Source of the DNA: a plasmid
Reading direction: 5' to 3' (one strand)
Length of the DNA stretch: 64,000 nt
Sequence record: NZ_CP024426.1
Below the pieces are notes generated by a model that worked only from the letters and a program-made list of their open reading frames with translations, was not told the DNA's origin and searched no databases. The stretch's first letter is position 1, and each line of letters starts with the position of its first letter. Made by a program: the position numbers and the translations under genes. Of this stretch, positions 38,399 to 48,456 are shown piece by piece.

Positions 38399-38422
38399 CA
38401 GGAAAAGGGGAGGGAGGATTTC

Positions 38423-40111
38423 ATGGGGGAACCAAGCTATGTGTCCGGGGTCTCGGACCAGCCGCTGCTGGGCATGACCATCGGCCAGGCTCTGGACCGG
38501 GCGGCGCGGGAATGGCCGGGGCAGCAGGCGCTGGTCGCCCCCGCCCAGGGCATCCGCTGGACCTGGGCCGAACTGCGCGAACGCGCCGAGGCGCTGGCCG
38601 CCGGCCTGCTGGCGCTTGGCCTTCGGCGCGGCAACCGCATCGGGATCTGGTCGCTCAACCGCGCGGAATGGGCGCTGGTGCAATTCGCCGCCGCCCGCGC
38701 GGGACTGGTGCTGGTCACGATCAACCCCGCCTACCGCCTGACCGAGCTGGAATACGCGCTGAACAAGGTCGGCTGCGCGGCGCTGGTCACGGCGACCGCG
38801 TTCAAGTCCAGCGACTACATGGGGATGCTGGAAACGCTGGCACCGGAACTGGCCGCGTCCGATCCCGGGCGGCTGTCCTGCGCCCGGCTGCCGAACCTGC
38901 GCACGGTGATCCAGATCGGCGGCCCGGCGCGGGATGGCTGCATCGGCTTTGACGCGGTGGCGGACCTGGGCGGCCCCGCCGAACAGGGCGAACTGGCCCG
39001 GCTGGCCGGCGCGTTGCAGTTCGATGACCCGATCAACATCCAGTTCACCAGCGGCACCACGGGCTCGCCCAAGGGCGTGACGCTGACCCACCACAACATC
39101 CTGAACAACGGCTATTTCGTCGGCCGCGCGCTGAAGCTGTCGCCCGAGGACCGGATCTGTATCCCGGTGCCGCTGTATCACTGCTTCGGCATGGTCATGG
39201 GCAACCTGGCGGCCGTGACCCATGGCGCGGCGATGGTCTATCCCGGCGAGGGCTTCGACCCGCTGGCCACGCTGGAAACGGTCCAGGCCGAACGCTGCAC
39301 CGCGCTTTACGGCGTGCCGACGATGTTCATTGCCGAACTCGAACATCCCGAATTCGACCGCTTCGACCTGTCGTCGCTGCGCACCGGGATCATGGCGGGA
39401 TCGCCCTGCCCCATCGAGGTGATGAAGAAGGTGGTTCAGCGCATGCACATGCGCGACGTGACGATCGCCTATGGCATGACCGAAACCAGCCCGGTCAGCT
39501 TTCAAAGCGCGACCGACGACCCGCTGGACCGGCGCGTTTCGACCGTGGGCCGCATCCATCCGCATCTTGAGGTCAAGGTGGTGGACGCCGATGGCCGCAT
39601 CGTGCCGCGCGGCGAGCCGGGCGAATTGTGCACCCGCGGCTATTCGGTGATGCTGGGCTATTGGGACGACCCCGAAAAGACCGCCGAGGTCATCGACGCG
39701 GGCGGGTGGATGCACACGGGCGACCTGGCCCGGATCGACGATCAGGGCTATTGCAACATCGTCGGCCGCATCAAGGACATGGTGATCCGGGGCGGCGAGA
39801 ACCTGTATCCGACCGAGATCGAGGAATTCCTGTTCACCCATCCCAAGATCCGCTCGGTCCAGGTCTTCGGCGTCGCCGACCACCGCTTCGGCGAAGAGCT
39901 TTGCGCCTGGATCGTGCTGCGCGACGGCGCGGCGATGACCGATGACGAGGTCCGCGATTTCTGCCGCGGCCAGATCGCGCACCAGAAGATCCCGCGCTAT
40001 GTCGAATTCGTCGAAAGCTTCCCGATGACCGTGACCGGCAAGGTGCAGAAGTTCATCATGCGCCGCGAGGTCGAGGCGCGGCTGGGCCTGGTGGCCGAGG
40101 AGACGGCATAG
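38423..40111 (+). CDS. AMP-forming acyl-CoA synthetase (isovalerate/short-branched acid CoA ligase candidate)
   Basis: AMP-binding motifs [28 protein letters not shown]…GKVQK. Confidence 0.8.
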   Translation: MGEPSYVSGVSDQPLLGMTIGQALDRAAREWPGQQALVAPAQGIRWTWAELRERAEALAAGLLALGLRRGNRIGIWSLNRAEWALVQFAAARAGLVLVTINPAYRLTELEYALNKVGCAALVTATAFKSSDYMGMLETLAPELAASDPGRLSCARLPNLRTVIQIGGPARDGCIGFDAVADLGGPAEQGELARLAGALQFDDPINIQFTSGTTGSPKGVTLTHHNILNNGYFVGRALKLSPEDRICIPVPLYHCFGMVMGNLAAVTHGAAMVYPGEGFDPLATLETVQAERCTALYGVPTMFIAELEHPEFDRFDLSSLRTGIMAGSPCPIEVMKKVVQRMHMRDVTIAYGMTETSPVSFQSATDDPLDRRVSTVGRIHPHLEVKVVDADGRIVPRGEPGELCTRGYSVMLGYWDDPEKTAEVIDAGGWMHTGDLARIDDQGYCNIVGRIKDMVIRGGENLYPTEIEEFLFTHPKIRSVQVFGVADHRFGEELCAWIVLRDGAAMTDDEVRDFCRGQIAHQKIPRYVEFVESFPMTVTGKVQKFIMRREVEARLGLVAEETA

Positions 40112-40946
40112 GCTCGGCCGCGACCTCGGCCCAAAGCGCGCGCAGCATCTTGGCCAGCGCCTGCGATTCCGCCCAGCGGTCGGACAGGTCGTTGCCGTCG
40201 GGCCCGGCAATGGCATAGGGCTGCGGGCCCAGTTCGCAGGTGCAGACCAGCGTGGCACCCGGCGCCGCCCGCGCGCGCCAGTCGCGAAAGCCCTGGCCCC
40301 ACCAGCCCATGAACAGGTCAAGCAAGGGGCGATGGTGGGGAAAGGAAATCTCGACCTGGACCTGTTCGCGCGAGGCGACACGGGCGTGAAAGGCCCAGGC
40401 GTTTTGCAAGATACGACCGATCATGGCGTGGTTTTCGGCATCGACCGGCATGGCGAATTCGCGCCCGACCAGGACATGCGACAGGTCGGCCAGCAGCGGC
40501 AGGTCGGGACGCGCCTCCAGCAGGTCAAGGGTAAAGAACAGGTCGGTGGTCATGCGGTCGCGATGCGTCTCAATCAACACGGGGACGCCGGCTGCCTCGG
40601 CCAGCGCCACCCAGCCGTCGAGCAGCGGCAGGCAGTCCGCGACCCGGCGCGGGCGCACGTCGGGTTGCAGGGTGATGTGACGCACCGGATAGTCCCGCGC
40701 CAGTTCCAGCGGCAGGCGCAGGTCGTCGACCGTCCTGGGAAAGCAGACGCCCTCGATCCCAAGGCCGGTGCCCGCCAGCGCCCGGTCCAGCGCCGCAACC
40801 TGCGCGGGGTCGGTGTAATGGGCGCTGACACCGTCGAACCCCGCGCCCGCGATCAGGGCAATGTTCTCGGGCAGCGCGCGCTCAATCCCGTCGGTCTGGC
40901 GCCGCTCCATCGCCCAAAGCGACTGGAACACCTGAAAGCCGTGCAT
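40056..40946 (-). CDS. Sugar phosphate isomerase/epimerase (xylose-isomerase-like TIM barrel)
   Basis: AP-endonuclease-2/TIM-barrel-like sequence. ATGA overlap with the upstream reductase gene. 3' end overlaps the convergent acyl-CoA synthetase by 56 bp. Confidence 0.65.
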   Translation of the reverse strand: MHGFQVFQSLWAMERRQTDGIERALPENIALIAGAGFDGVSAHYTDPAQVAALDRALAGTGLGIEGVCFPRTVDDLRLPLELARDYPVRHITLQPDVRPRRVADCLPLLDGWVALAEAAGVPVLIETHRDRMTTDLFFTLDLLEARPDLPLLADLSHVLVGREFAMPVDAENHAMIGRILQNAWAFHARVASREQVQVEISFPHHRPLLDLFMGWWGQGFRDWRARAAPGATLVCTCELGPQPYAIAGPDGNDLSDRWAESQALAKMLRALWAEVAAEPMPSPRPPGPAAPRPRGA

Positions 40947-42142
40947 CACGCCGCCCGCGCGGTTTTCAGCAGCGACTTCAGCGCGACGGCGGGGTCCGCC
41001 AAGGCGTCGGGGTCGGGGGACAGGCCGGCGGCGATCAGCATCTCGGCCAGCTTGATGTCGCGCGCGATGCTGGCGCCGGGACCCAGGCCCGCCGCAGCGA
41101 CCAGCCGTCCGCCGTCGAGAGAGAAGGCGATTTCCGCGTCCCCCTGCCGGCGCAGGATCGTGGCGTGATCCGGCCGGGGCAGACCCGCGACCTGCAAGCC
41201 CAGATCGTATTGATCCGACCAGAACCATGGCAGGCCGGCGAACGCCTGCCCCTGGCCCAGCATGGTGCGCGCCGCCGCCTCGGCCTGGGCGCGGGCATTG
41301 CGCCAGCTTTCCTGGCGCAGGTGGCCGCCGCCCGGCAGCGCCACGGCGGCGCAATCCCCCGCCGCCAGGATATGCGGGTCCGAGGTGACAAGCCGCCCGT
41401 CCGTCAGGATGCCGTCGCCGGTCGCAAGCCCTGCCGCCCGCGCCAGCACGATGTCGGGCGCGACGCCGATGGCGCTGACGACCAGACCCGCCGGAACCCG
41501 CCCGCCCGAGGCGAGCAGCACCCCGTCCGCGTTGATCCCGGCCACGGTCTCGCCCAGGCGAAAGCAGACGCCTTCGGCCAGGTGCCGCTGGTAAAGCGCG
41601 GCGGCAAAGCGGGGCGGCACGGCGCGCGCCAAGGGGGCGGGGCCGGCCTCGATCACCGTCACCGGCAGGCCCATGCCGCGCAGGACGGCGGCAAGCTCCA
41701 TCCCGATCAGCCCGGCGCCGATGATGGCGACGGGCCCGCGCGCGGCGGCAAAGACCGCCTCGGCATCGGCATGGCTGCGGAAGTCCCGCGCCAGATCCGC
41801 GCCCGGACAGGACAGCCGCCGGGGCCGTGCGCCGGTCGCCAGCAGCAGCCGGTCATAGCCAAGGCTGCCCCCCGCCAGCATCACCCGGCGCGCGGCGGGG
41901 TCGATCCCCTGCACCACGGTGCCGGGGCGATAGTCGATACCGGCCCCCGCCAGCGCCGCCGCGTCGCAGATCGGCTTGCGGCGGACGCCAGCCTCGCCAG
42001 GTTTGGACAGCGGCGGGCGTTCATAGGGCAGGCCGGGTTCCGCCCCGATCAGGGTGACGGGACCGGCCCAGCCCGCCTCGCGCAGCGCAAAGGCCGCGCG
42101 GGTGCCGCATTCGCCGGCGCCGCTGATGACCATGCCGTCCAT
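40946..42142 (-). CDS. FAD-dependent ferredoxin--NAD(P)+ reductase (putidaredoxin/Rieske-ferredoxin reductase type)
   Basis: N-terminal ISGAGECG and second IIGAGLIGMELA dinucleotide motifs. Start taken at MDGMV; the ORF opens at 42175. Confidence 0.8.
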   Translation of the reverse strand: MDGMVISGAGECGTRAAFALREAGWAGPVTLIGAEPGLPYERPPLSKPGEAGVRRKPICDAAALAGAGIDYRPGTVVQGIDPAARRVMLAGGSLGYDRLLLATGARPRRLSCPGADLARDFRSHADAEAVFAAARGPVAIIGAGLIGMELAAVLRGMGLPVTVIEAGPAPLARAVPPRFAAALYQRHLAEGVCFRLGETVAGINADGVLLASGGRVPAGLVVSAIGVAPDIVLARAAGLATGDGILTDGRLVTSDPHILAAGDCAAVALPGGGHLRQESWRNARAQAEAAARTMLGQGQAFAGLPWFWSDQYDLGLQVAGLPRPDHATILRRQGDAEIAFSLDGGRLVAAAGLGPGASIARDIKLAEMLIAAGLSPDPDALADPAVALKSLLKTARAA

Positions 42143-42158
42143 GGCGTTCCCCTTGCGA

Positions 42159-43106
42159 TCAGTTCCGGCCGGCATAGGCGGCCATGGTCTGCGGGCTGAC
42201 CAGTTCGAACGGCACCATCATCTGGCGTTCCACCGTTTGCCCGCGCGCCAGGGCCAGGGCCGCGTCCATGGCGCTGGCGGCCTGGCCGGCGGCATTCTGG
42301 AACACGGTCACGTCCAGATCGCCCGCCCCCATCGCGGCAAGCCCGTCGGCGGTGGCGTCGATGCCCACGACCACCACATCCTGCATGGGCGTGCCCGCCG
42401 CCTTCAGCGCCTGGATCGCGCCGATGGCCATTTCGTCGTTGTTGGCCAGGATCGCGTCGATCGGCCGGCCCGAGGTGATCCAGTTCGTCGTCAGGTCCAG
42501 CGCATTGGTGCGCTGCCAGGCGGCGGGCTGTTCGTCGGCGATGGTCGCGCCCTTGCAATCGCCCGCCGCCAGCGTGTCCTTGGCCGACTGGGTTCGTTCG
42601 CGCGTCGCCTCATGCGCCAGATCGCCCATCAGGATATAGACCTGCGCGCTGTCGGCCTTGCCCTGCGCCTTGAGCAGATCGCAGGCGGCCTTCGCCCCCA
42701 GCGCGCCCGATTCCGCCTCGCGCGAGCCGACATAGGCCTGGGTTTCGGGCAGGCTGTCGATATTGGCCGGCTGCAGGTTCAGATAGACCAGTGGGATGCC
42801 CGCCGATTCCGCCGCGGCCGAGATGCCGGGCGCGGCCGAGGTGTCGGCCAGCGTCAGAATGATCGCATCGACCCCCAGCGCGATGAAGTTGTTCACCTGG
42901 TTCAGCTGCTTGGCCACGTCGGTCTGGGCGTCCTCGATCTGCAGCGCGACGCCGCCGACCTCGTCCGCGCGCTTTTGCAGGGCCTGGCGCAGCAATGTCT
43001 GGAAATTGTTGTCGAAGCTTTGCATCGAGACGGCGATGGTTTCCGCCCGCGCTGCGCCAGCCGCCATCAGTGCCGCGACCGAGGCCGCTGCCAGTATCGT
43101 TTTCAT
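42159..43106 (-). CDS. Periplasmic sugar-binding protein (RbsB/ribose-family SBP), no cognate permease/ATPase adjacent
   Basis: Signal peptide MKTILAAASVAALMAAGAARA. Periplasmic binding protein type I fold. Confidence 0.8.
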   Translation of the reverse strand: MKTILAAASVAALMAAGAARAETIAVSMQSFDNNFQTLLRQALQKRADEVGGVALQIEDAQTDVAKQLNQVNNFIALGVDAIILTLADTSAAPGISAAAESAGIPLVYLNLQPANIDSLPETQAYVGSREAESGALGAKAACDLLKAQGKADSAQVYILMGDLAHEATRERTQSAKDTLAAGDCKGATIADEQPAAWQRTNALDLTTNWITSGRPIDAILANNDEMAIGAIQALKAAGTPMQDVVVVGIDATADGLAAMGAGDLDVTVFQNAAGQAASAMDAALALARGQTVERQMMVPFELVSPQTMAAYAGRN

Positions 43107-43205
43107 GCTATTCTCCCTGTCGGGGTGCCGGTTCACCCCTGTGCGTGCCGGGGCCCGTGACAGTGCTTGGTTCGTGCCGGGCCTTGGTTCGTGGCGCGGC
43201 CCGCC

Positions 43206-43526
43206 TTAAAGGGCCACGCGGATCTCGCCATTCACGACCTGGACCGGATAGGTCTTGAGGTTCGCGCAGGCCGGCAGGCGCAGCGCCTCGCCCGTGCGAT
43301 AGTCGAAGGCGCCCGAGTGCTTGGGGCATTCGACCTCGTAATCCATCACCAGCCCGTCGGCGAGGTGGATCGCCTCGTGCGTGCACAGGCCCGCGGTGCA
43401 GTAAACGCTGTCGTCGGGCGCGCGAAAGATCGCGTAGGTGCGGCCGGCGTGGTCGAAACGGATGGCGCCTTCCTGTTCGATGTCGTCCAGGGTGGCGGCG
43501 GTGATCCAGGTCATTGTGTCGGTCAT
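43206..43526 (-). CDS. Rieske [2Fe-2S] ferredoxin
   Basis: CTHEAIHL...CPKHSGAF (CxH…CxxH). 107 aa. Start overlaps the stop of the upstream hydroxylase gene (ATGA). Confidence 0.8.
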   Translation of the reverse strand: MTDTMTWITAATLDDIEQEGAIRFDHAGRTYAIFRAPDDSVYCTAGLCTHEAIHLADGLVMDYEVECPKHSGAFDYRTGEALRLPACANLKTYPVQVVNGEIRVAL

Positions 43527-44557
43527 TCGGTGGCTCCTTTCGCTTCCGTGCGGGCCTGGCGGGCCGCGATCCGTTCCTTGCGCTTGCGATAGCGCGCCTG
43601 CATCCGGGCCTCGCCCTCGGCCGATCCGTCGTGCCAGGTGCCGAACCATTTATCCAAGGGGATCAGCGCGTCGCCGTAGTTCACCTCGAAATACTTGTGG
43701 TGCAGGTAATGGGCATAGGCGTGGCTATCGACCAGCTTGTCCTCGCCCACCTCGATCTTGTCGAAGCCGACATGGCCCGGGATGGCGCCGAAGCCCGCGA
43801 AGTTCATCTGATAGATCATGATGATCGGGTTCGAGGGCAGGATCAGGTGCCAGAAGGCCGTGCCGAAATACAGCAGGTGTTCGACCGGATGCATCGCCAG
43901 CGACGACCAGGGCGAGGGGTTGACCGAATTGTGGTGGACCGAGTGCACCCATTTATAAAGCCAGGGCGTGTGGATCAGCCGGTGCACGCAGAAGAAATGC
44001 ACCTCGTGGATCAGCGGTACGGCCAAGGCCACCAGCGCCAGCGTCCAGGGCCGTTCGGCGAACGACAGCCAGGGGGCGTAGCCGTTGGCATAGGCCCACA
44101 GCATCACCGCCTCGACCGCCGTCCAGATGGTGACGCCCGAAAGGAACGTGCGCAGCATGCTGTCGATCACCTGGCTTTCGAACCAGAACGCCTTGCTTTT
44201 CTGCTCGGACGGGAACTTGGCGTTGTATTTGAAGCGGTTGCCCTGGCGGCGCAGAACGTAAAGGTGCAGTTCGAACGCGCCATAGAACAGGAACACGCAG
44301 ACCGCGTTCACCGCGTAAAGCCAAAGCACCCAGCCGAAGCCGATGGTTCGCAGCGTTTCGACCGGCGGGATCACCCAAGCCCAATAGGCCACGGCCGAAA
44401 GCGCGAACAGGATGTTCCAGGGAAAGAAGTAATGCGGCAGCCAATGCAGAATGGCCTTCAGGTCAAAGGGCAGGCGCCAGATCGGGGCAGGCTGGACGGT
44501 ATCGTTCGGTGTCCAGTCGCCGCGCTTGTTTCGCTTGCCGAATTGCAGATCGTCCAT
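43523..44557 (-). CDS. Fatty acid hydroxylase / sterol desaturase superfamily integral membrane di-iron enzyme
   Basis: Multiple TM helices and His boxes HRLIH, HSVHH, HYLHH. Confidence 0.8.
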   Translation of the reverse strand: MDDLQFGKRNKRGDWTPNDTVQPAPIWRLPFDLKAILHWLPHYFFPWNILFALSAVAYWAWVIPPVETLRTIGFGWVLWLYAVNAVCVFLFYGAFELHLYVLRRQGNRFKYNAKFPSEQKSKAFWFESQVIDSMLRTFLSGVTIWTAVEAVMLWAYANGYAPWLSFAERPWTLALVALAVPLIHEVHFFCVHRLIHTPWLYKWVHSVHHNSVNPSPWSSLAMHPVEHLLYFGTAFWHLILPSNPIIMIYQMNFAGFGAIPGHVGFDKIEVGEDKLVDSHAYAHYLHHKYFEVNYGDALIPLDKWFGTWHDGSAEGEARMQARYRKRKERIAARQARTEAKGATE

Positions 44558-44644
44558 GACGCGCTCCGAAAGGGGGTGGCGGGACGGGGGCCGTCCTTCT
44601 GCGGCAAGATGTAGCAGCGGCGAAGGGACGCGGCGAAAGGTTCG

Positions 44645-44662
44645 TTGATCAGATCAGATCAA
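44645..44662. promoter_or_regulatory. Near-palindromic TTGATCAGATCAGATCAA, candidate LacI-family operator upstream of the hydroxylase operon
   Basis: 18-bp inverted repeat with one mismatch, between the lacI-family gene 3' end and the operon start. Confidence 0.35.
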
Positions 44663-45660
44663 AGACTTTCGGCGGTGACGGTGACGAACCGGATCGGGCT
44701 TTGGTCGGGTTCGATCTGCGTCAGCCCGGCGCGGCGCAGGACCAGGTCCAGCGCGCGGCGGGCCTGCGCCTCGGGCGCCTGGTCCAGCACCACGTCCATG
44801 ATCCCGTCCGACAGCGCGGCGCGGGTATAGTCGGTCAGTTCGTGGCCCACGAAGAACAGCTCGCGCCCGCGCGGGTGGCGGCGCAGCACGTCGATCAGCG
44901 CGGCATTGGCGCCGCCGGCGTTATAGAGCCCCGCCAGGTCCGGCATTCGCTGCAGGGCGCGATACAGGATGTCGGCGGACAGATCCTCGCGATCCTCGCC
45001 AAAGCCGATCAGGTCCAGCGTCAGCCCCGAGGGATGGGCCTGCATATAGTCCGACAGCCCCCGGATGCGGTCGCGATGGACGCCATAGATCGGATGGCAG
45101 ATCGCCAGGACCGAGCCCCGGCGCGGCGCCATGCGCGACAGGAACAGCCCCGCCGTGCGTCCCGCCGCCTGGTTGTCGATGCCCACGAATTCGCCCACCC
45201 GATCCGAGGCGCGCGTCACCACATGCACGATGGGCAGGCCTTGGCCCGCGACCTGTTCGACCGCCGCGCGCACCACCGGATGGTCAGGCACGGCCAGGAT
45301 CAGCCCCGCCCGCCGCATCTCGGCCGACAGGATGCGGTCGGCCACCTCGCGCGGGTTCATCTCGGGGGCAAAGCTGCGGTGGACGACGATCAGCGGGTCA
45401 AGCGTCGCCGCGATCCGCTCGAAGGCGCGCGAGAGCCTGCGATAGAAGGTCGTCTCGGGGCGCACCATCAGGACCTCGATCCGCATCAGGCCGCGATGCG
45501 CCTCGGGCAGGATGCGGGCATAGCCCAGGGCGCGGGCGGCCAGCACGACCTTTTCCATCGTCTCGGGGCGCACCCCGCCGCGCCCGTTCAGCACGCGCTC
45601 GACCGTCGCCGTGCCGACGCCGGCCTTGCGGGCGATGTCGCCGAAGGTGGGCCTTGCCAT
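44659..45660 (-). CDS. LacI-family transcriptional regulator
   Basis: N-terminal HTH TFGDIARKAGVGTATVERVLNG plus periplasmic-binding-like effector domain. Internal ATG of ORF 44659-46695. Confidence 0.85.
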   Translation of the reverse strand: MARPTFGDIARKAGVGTATVERVLNGRGGVRPETMEKVVLAARALGYARILPEAHRGLMRIEVLMVRPETTFYRRLSRAFERIAATLDPLIVVHRSFAPEMNPREVADRILSAEMRRAGLILAVPDHPVVRAAVEQVAGQGLPIVHVVTRASDRVGEFVGIDNQAAGRTAGLFLSRMAPRRGSVLAICHPIYGVHRDRIRGLSDYMQAHPSGLTLDLIGFGEDREDLSADILYRALQRMPDLAGLYNAGGANAALIDVLRRHPRGRELFFVGHELTDYTRAALSDGIMDVVLDQAPEAQARRALDLVLRRAGLTQIEPDQSPIRFVTVTAESL

Positions 45661-45783
45661 CTGTTTCCCCCCGCTGTCCCGGCCTGTTCTAGCGCCTTTC
45701 GCAGGCGCTGCCAGCGCCATGAAGCGATTGGCCCGCCCCGCCCTGACGCGGCCACGGAACCCGCCCCCCGCCTTGGCCGTTCG

Positions 45784-46833
45784 ATGCGACAGCAGATGCG
45801 GCACATGATGGGCAAACCCGAAAAAGACGATCCTGCGGCGGGTGCCCTGGTTTATGTCTCGGACAGCGAGCCGGGCATCACGCGGCGCCGCGCGGGCAAG
45901 GGCTTCAGCTATCGCGGGCCGGACGGCCGGCCCCTGGATCGCGCCGAACTGGCGCGGGTGCGCAGCCTGGGGATCCCGCCCGCCTATACCGACGTCTGGA
46001 TCTGCCCGCTGCCGAACGGCCATCTGCAGGCAACCGGCCGCGATGCGCGCGGGCGCAAGCAATACCGCTATCACCCTGACTGGCAGGCATCGCAGTCGCA
46101 GACGAAATATACCCAGCTTGCCGCCTTCGGCCAGGCGCTGCCCGGACTGCGCCGCCGCCTGCGGCGCGACCTGCAGGGCGAGGTCGGCGACCGCGCCTTC
46201 AGCCTGGCGGCGCTGGTCCTGCTGCTGGACCGCACCTGCCTGCGCGTCGGCAACGAAACCTATACGGCGCAGAACCGGACCTTCGGCGCCTCGACCCTGC
46301 AGACGCGGCACCTGCGGCTTAGCGAGGATGGCTTCCTGCAACTGCGGTTCCGGGCCAAGGGCGGCAAGCTGTGCCGCCAGACGCTGCGGGACAAGCGGCT
46401 GAACCGGATCCTTCAGGACATTGGCGACCTGCCGGGGCGCAACATCTTCACCTATATCGACGACAGCGGTGCGGTTCGACGCCTTCATTCGCAGGATGTG
46501 AACGACTATGTCGCCGATGTGGTCGGCCAGGGGTTCACCGCCAAGACCTTCCGCACCTGGGGGGGAACGCTTGCGGCCTTCGAACTGGCCAGCGGCCTTG
46601 CGCCCGACCAGAAGCTGACGATCCGCATGATGGCCGATGCAGCGGCCGAGCGGCTGTTCAACACGCCGCTGATCTGCCGCAAATCCTATATCCACCCCGC
46701 CGTTCTGGGTCTTGCCGAACTGGCGCCCGAGGCGCGCGTGGACTTGCTTGGCAGCCTTCCCCGCCCCGATCTGGCCGAGCTGCGCAGTTCCGAACGCAGC
46801 CTGCTCGGGTTCCTCACCAATCAGATGGGCTGA
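45784..46833 (+). CDS. DNA topoisomerase IB (bacterial poxvirus-like TopIB)
   Basis: LVYVSDSEPGITRRR…YRYHPDWQ…RVGNETY…TKTFRTWGG…RKSYIHPAV are conserved TopIB blocks, including the catalytic-Tyr region. Internal start in ORF 44701-46833. Confidence 0.75.
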   Translation: MRQQMRHMMGKPEKDDPAAGALVYVSDSEPGITRRRAGKGFSYRGPDGRPLDRAELARVRSLGIPPAYTDVWICPLPNGHLQATGRDARGRKQYRYHPDWQASQSQTKYTQLAAFGQALPGLRRRLRRDLQGEVGDRAFSLAALVLLLDRTCLRVGNETYTAQNRTFGASTLQTRHLRLSEDGFLQLRFRAKGGKLCRQTLRDKRLNRILQDIGDLPGRNIFTYIDDSGAVRRLHSQDVNDYVADVVGQGFTAKTFRTWGGTLAAFELASGLAPDQKLTIRMMADAAAERLFNTPLICRKSYIHPAVLGLAELAPEARVDLLGSLPRPDLAELRSSERSLLGFLTNQMG

Positions 46834-46836
46834 GGA

Positions 46837-47103
46837 TCAAGGCGCGCGGCCTTCAAGCCGCTCGGCAATCTGGCGAAAGGTTTCGGCGATGCGCAATTCG
46901 GTCGCAAGCCCGTCATCCATGACGGCGCCGGGGTCCTCTTGCCCGTCGGAAAAGACCTTGCGGTCCTCCAGCCAGTCCAGGACGGCGCGCAGGCTTTGCT
47001 CATCCAGCAGGTCCGGCAGGGCGGCGACCAGCTTGCCATAGGCGATCAGCTGGCCCTCGGTTGCATGCGGGGGAAGGGGCGGGGTCGCGGGGGGCTTGTC
47101 CAT
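46837..47103 (-). CDS. Hypothetical small acidic protein
   Basis: ORF only. No family recognised. Confidence 0.3.
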   Translation of the reverse strand: MDKPPATPPLPPHATEGQLIAYGKLVAALPDLLDEQSLRAVLDWLEDRKVFSDGQEDPGAVMDDGLATELRIAETFRQIAERLEGRAP

Positions 47104-47175
47104 GATCCTCTCGAACGGTTGGCGTCGTGTCTGCAAAACCCGGCCTACCGGGGTGGCGTTCCCGCGACAGCAGGC

Positions 47176-48267
47176 TCAGGGCCGTTCCGGCGGACCGGGG
47201 CGGCGCAGGCGCCCGACCAGCAGCAGTGCCAGCGCGCCGACCAGCACCAGCCCGTGACCGGGCGCGGCCGGCTGGGCAGCCTGGGCAGGGGCAGGCGCGG
47301 CGGGCATCGGCGCGGGGTCCTTCGGCGGCGTGGAGGCGGGGGCGGCCTGATCAAAGACCGAACTGTGCGCGTCTCCGGCGGCGCCGGAATCCTGCCGCTC
47401 GATTTCGGAATTCAGCTCTGCCCCCATCAGCATGGCATAGGCCGAAACCCACAGCCAGGTCAGCAGGATGACCACGCCGCCCAAGGCGCCATAGGTTTCC
47501 GTGTAGCTGCCGAAGTAGCGCGCATAAAGCGAAAAGCCCACGGTGCCCGCGATCCACAGTGCCGTGCCCAGCACCGCCCCCGGGCTGATCCAGCGCCAGC
47601 CGGCCGAGCGCTTGGCCGGCCCGATCCGATAGACCAGCGCAAATCCCAGCACCGCGATCCCGGCCAGGATCGGCCAGCGCAGCCACAGCAGACCCGAACC
47701 TGCCGCCTGCGTGTCGCCCAGTGCCGGCAGGACCGGCAGCAGCACGACCACGCCGATGGCCAGCGCCATGCCCACGATCAGCCCCAGCGTCAGGGCGAAG
47801 GCCGTCGCGTAAAGCCGGACGATGCCACGGGTTTCCTGTTCGCCATAGGCGATGTTGAGCCCCTCGATCAGGGTCAGGATGCTTTTCATCGCGCCATAGA
47901 CGGCGATGGCAAAGCCCGCCAGCGCGACGAACCCGGTCGCGGTGTTCTCGCCGCCCGCGACCTTCGTCACCTGGTCGCCGATGATCGCCCCGGCGCTTTC
48001 GGGCAGGACGGCGACCAGGTCCGACACCTCGCCCGCGACCTCGGCCGGGTCCAGGATCAGCCCCGCGACCGAGATGAAGGCCGCGATCGCCGGAAAGATC
48101 GACAGCAGCGTATAGAAGGCGATGCCCGCCGCCACGACCCCGATGTGATCCTGCGAGATCTGCTCGCGCAGGCGCGACAGGATCGCCTTCCACCCGGCCA
48201 GATCCCGGTGCCAGGCATTGCCGCCCCCGGCTTTCGATTGCGTTCCCGCCGTGCGTGTCGTTGCCAT
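47176..48267 (-). CDS. YihY/BrkB (virulence factor BrkB / RNase BN-like) family membrane protein
   Basis: Six-TM pattern with VAAGIAFYTLLSIFP signature. Start at MATTRTAG. Confidence 0.75.
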   Translation of the reverse strand: MATTRTAGTQSKAGGGNAWHRDLAGWKAILSRLREQISQDHIGVVAAGIAFYTLLSIFPAIAAFISVAGLILDPAEVAGEVSDLVAVLPESAGAIIGDQVTKVAGGENTATGFVALAGFAIAVYGAMKSILTLIEGLNIAYGEQETRGIVRLYATAFALTLGLIVGMALAIGVVVLLPVLPALGDTQAAGSGLLWLRWPILAGIAVLGFALVYRIGPAKRSAGWRWISPGAVLGTALWIAGTVGFSLYARYFGSYTETYGALGGVVILLTWLWVSAYAMLMGAELNSEIERQDSGAAGDAHSSVFDQAAPASTPPKDPAPMPAAPAPAQAAQPAAPGHGLVLVGALALLLVGRLRRPGPPERP

Positions 48268-48456
48268 CGCCTGTCCCCCGCTTCTGGTCCGCCCGGGCAA
48301 GGGGCGCGCGGAATTCAACGTCCACGCCACCGCCGGAAGTTCCCCGGACCACGCAAGATCCGGTGGAGCCGGGGAAAACCGGCAACAGCCCCCCGTCATC
48401 GCTGTTTTCAGCAACGGTTTTTCGTGCTATGCTGGTGGGGTTGTTAGGAGGTGCGA

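Noticed and set aside
42159-43106. Sugar-binding protein gene read as an insertion disrupting the oxygenase operon
   Set aside because: Spacing (16-100 bp), shared strand and similar GC indicate it is a native operon member, not a mobile insertion. No IS or integrase signatures.
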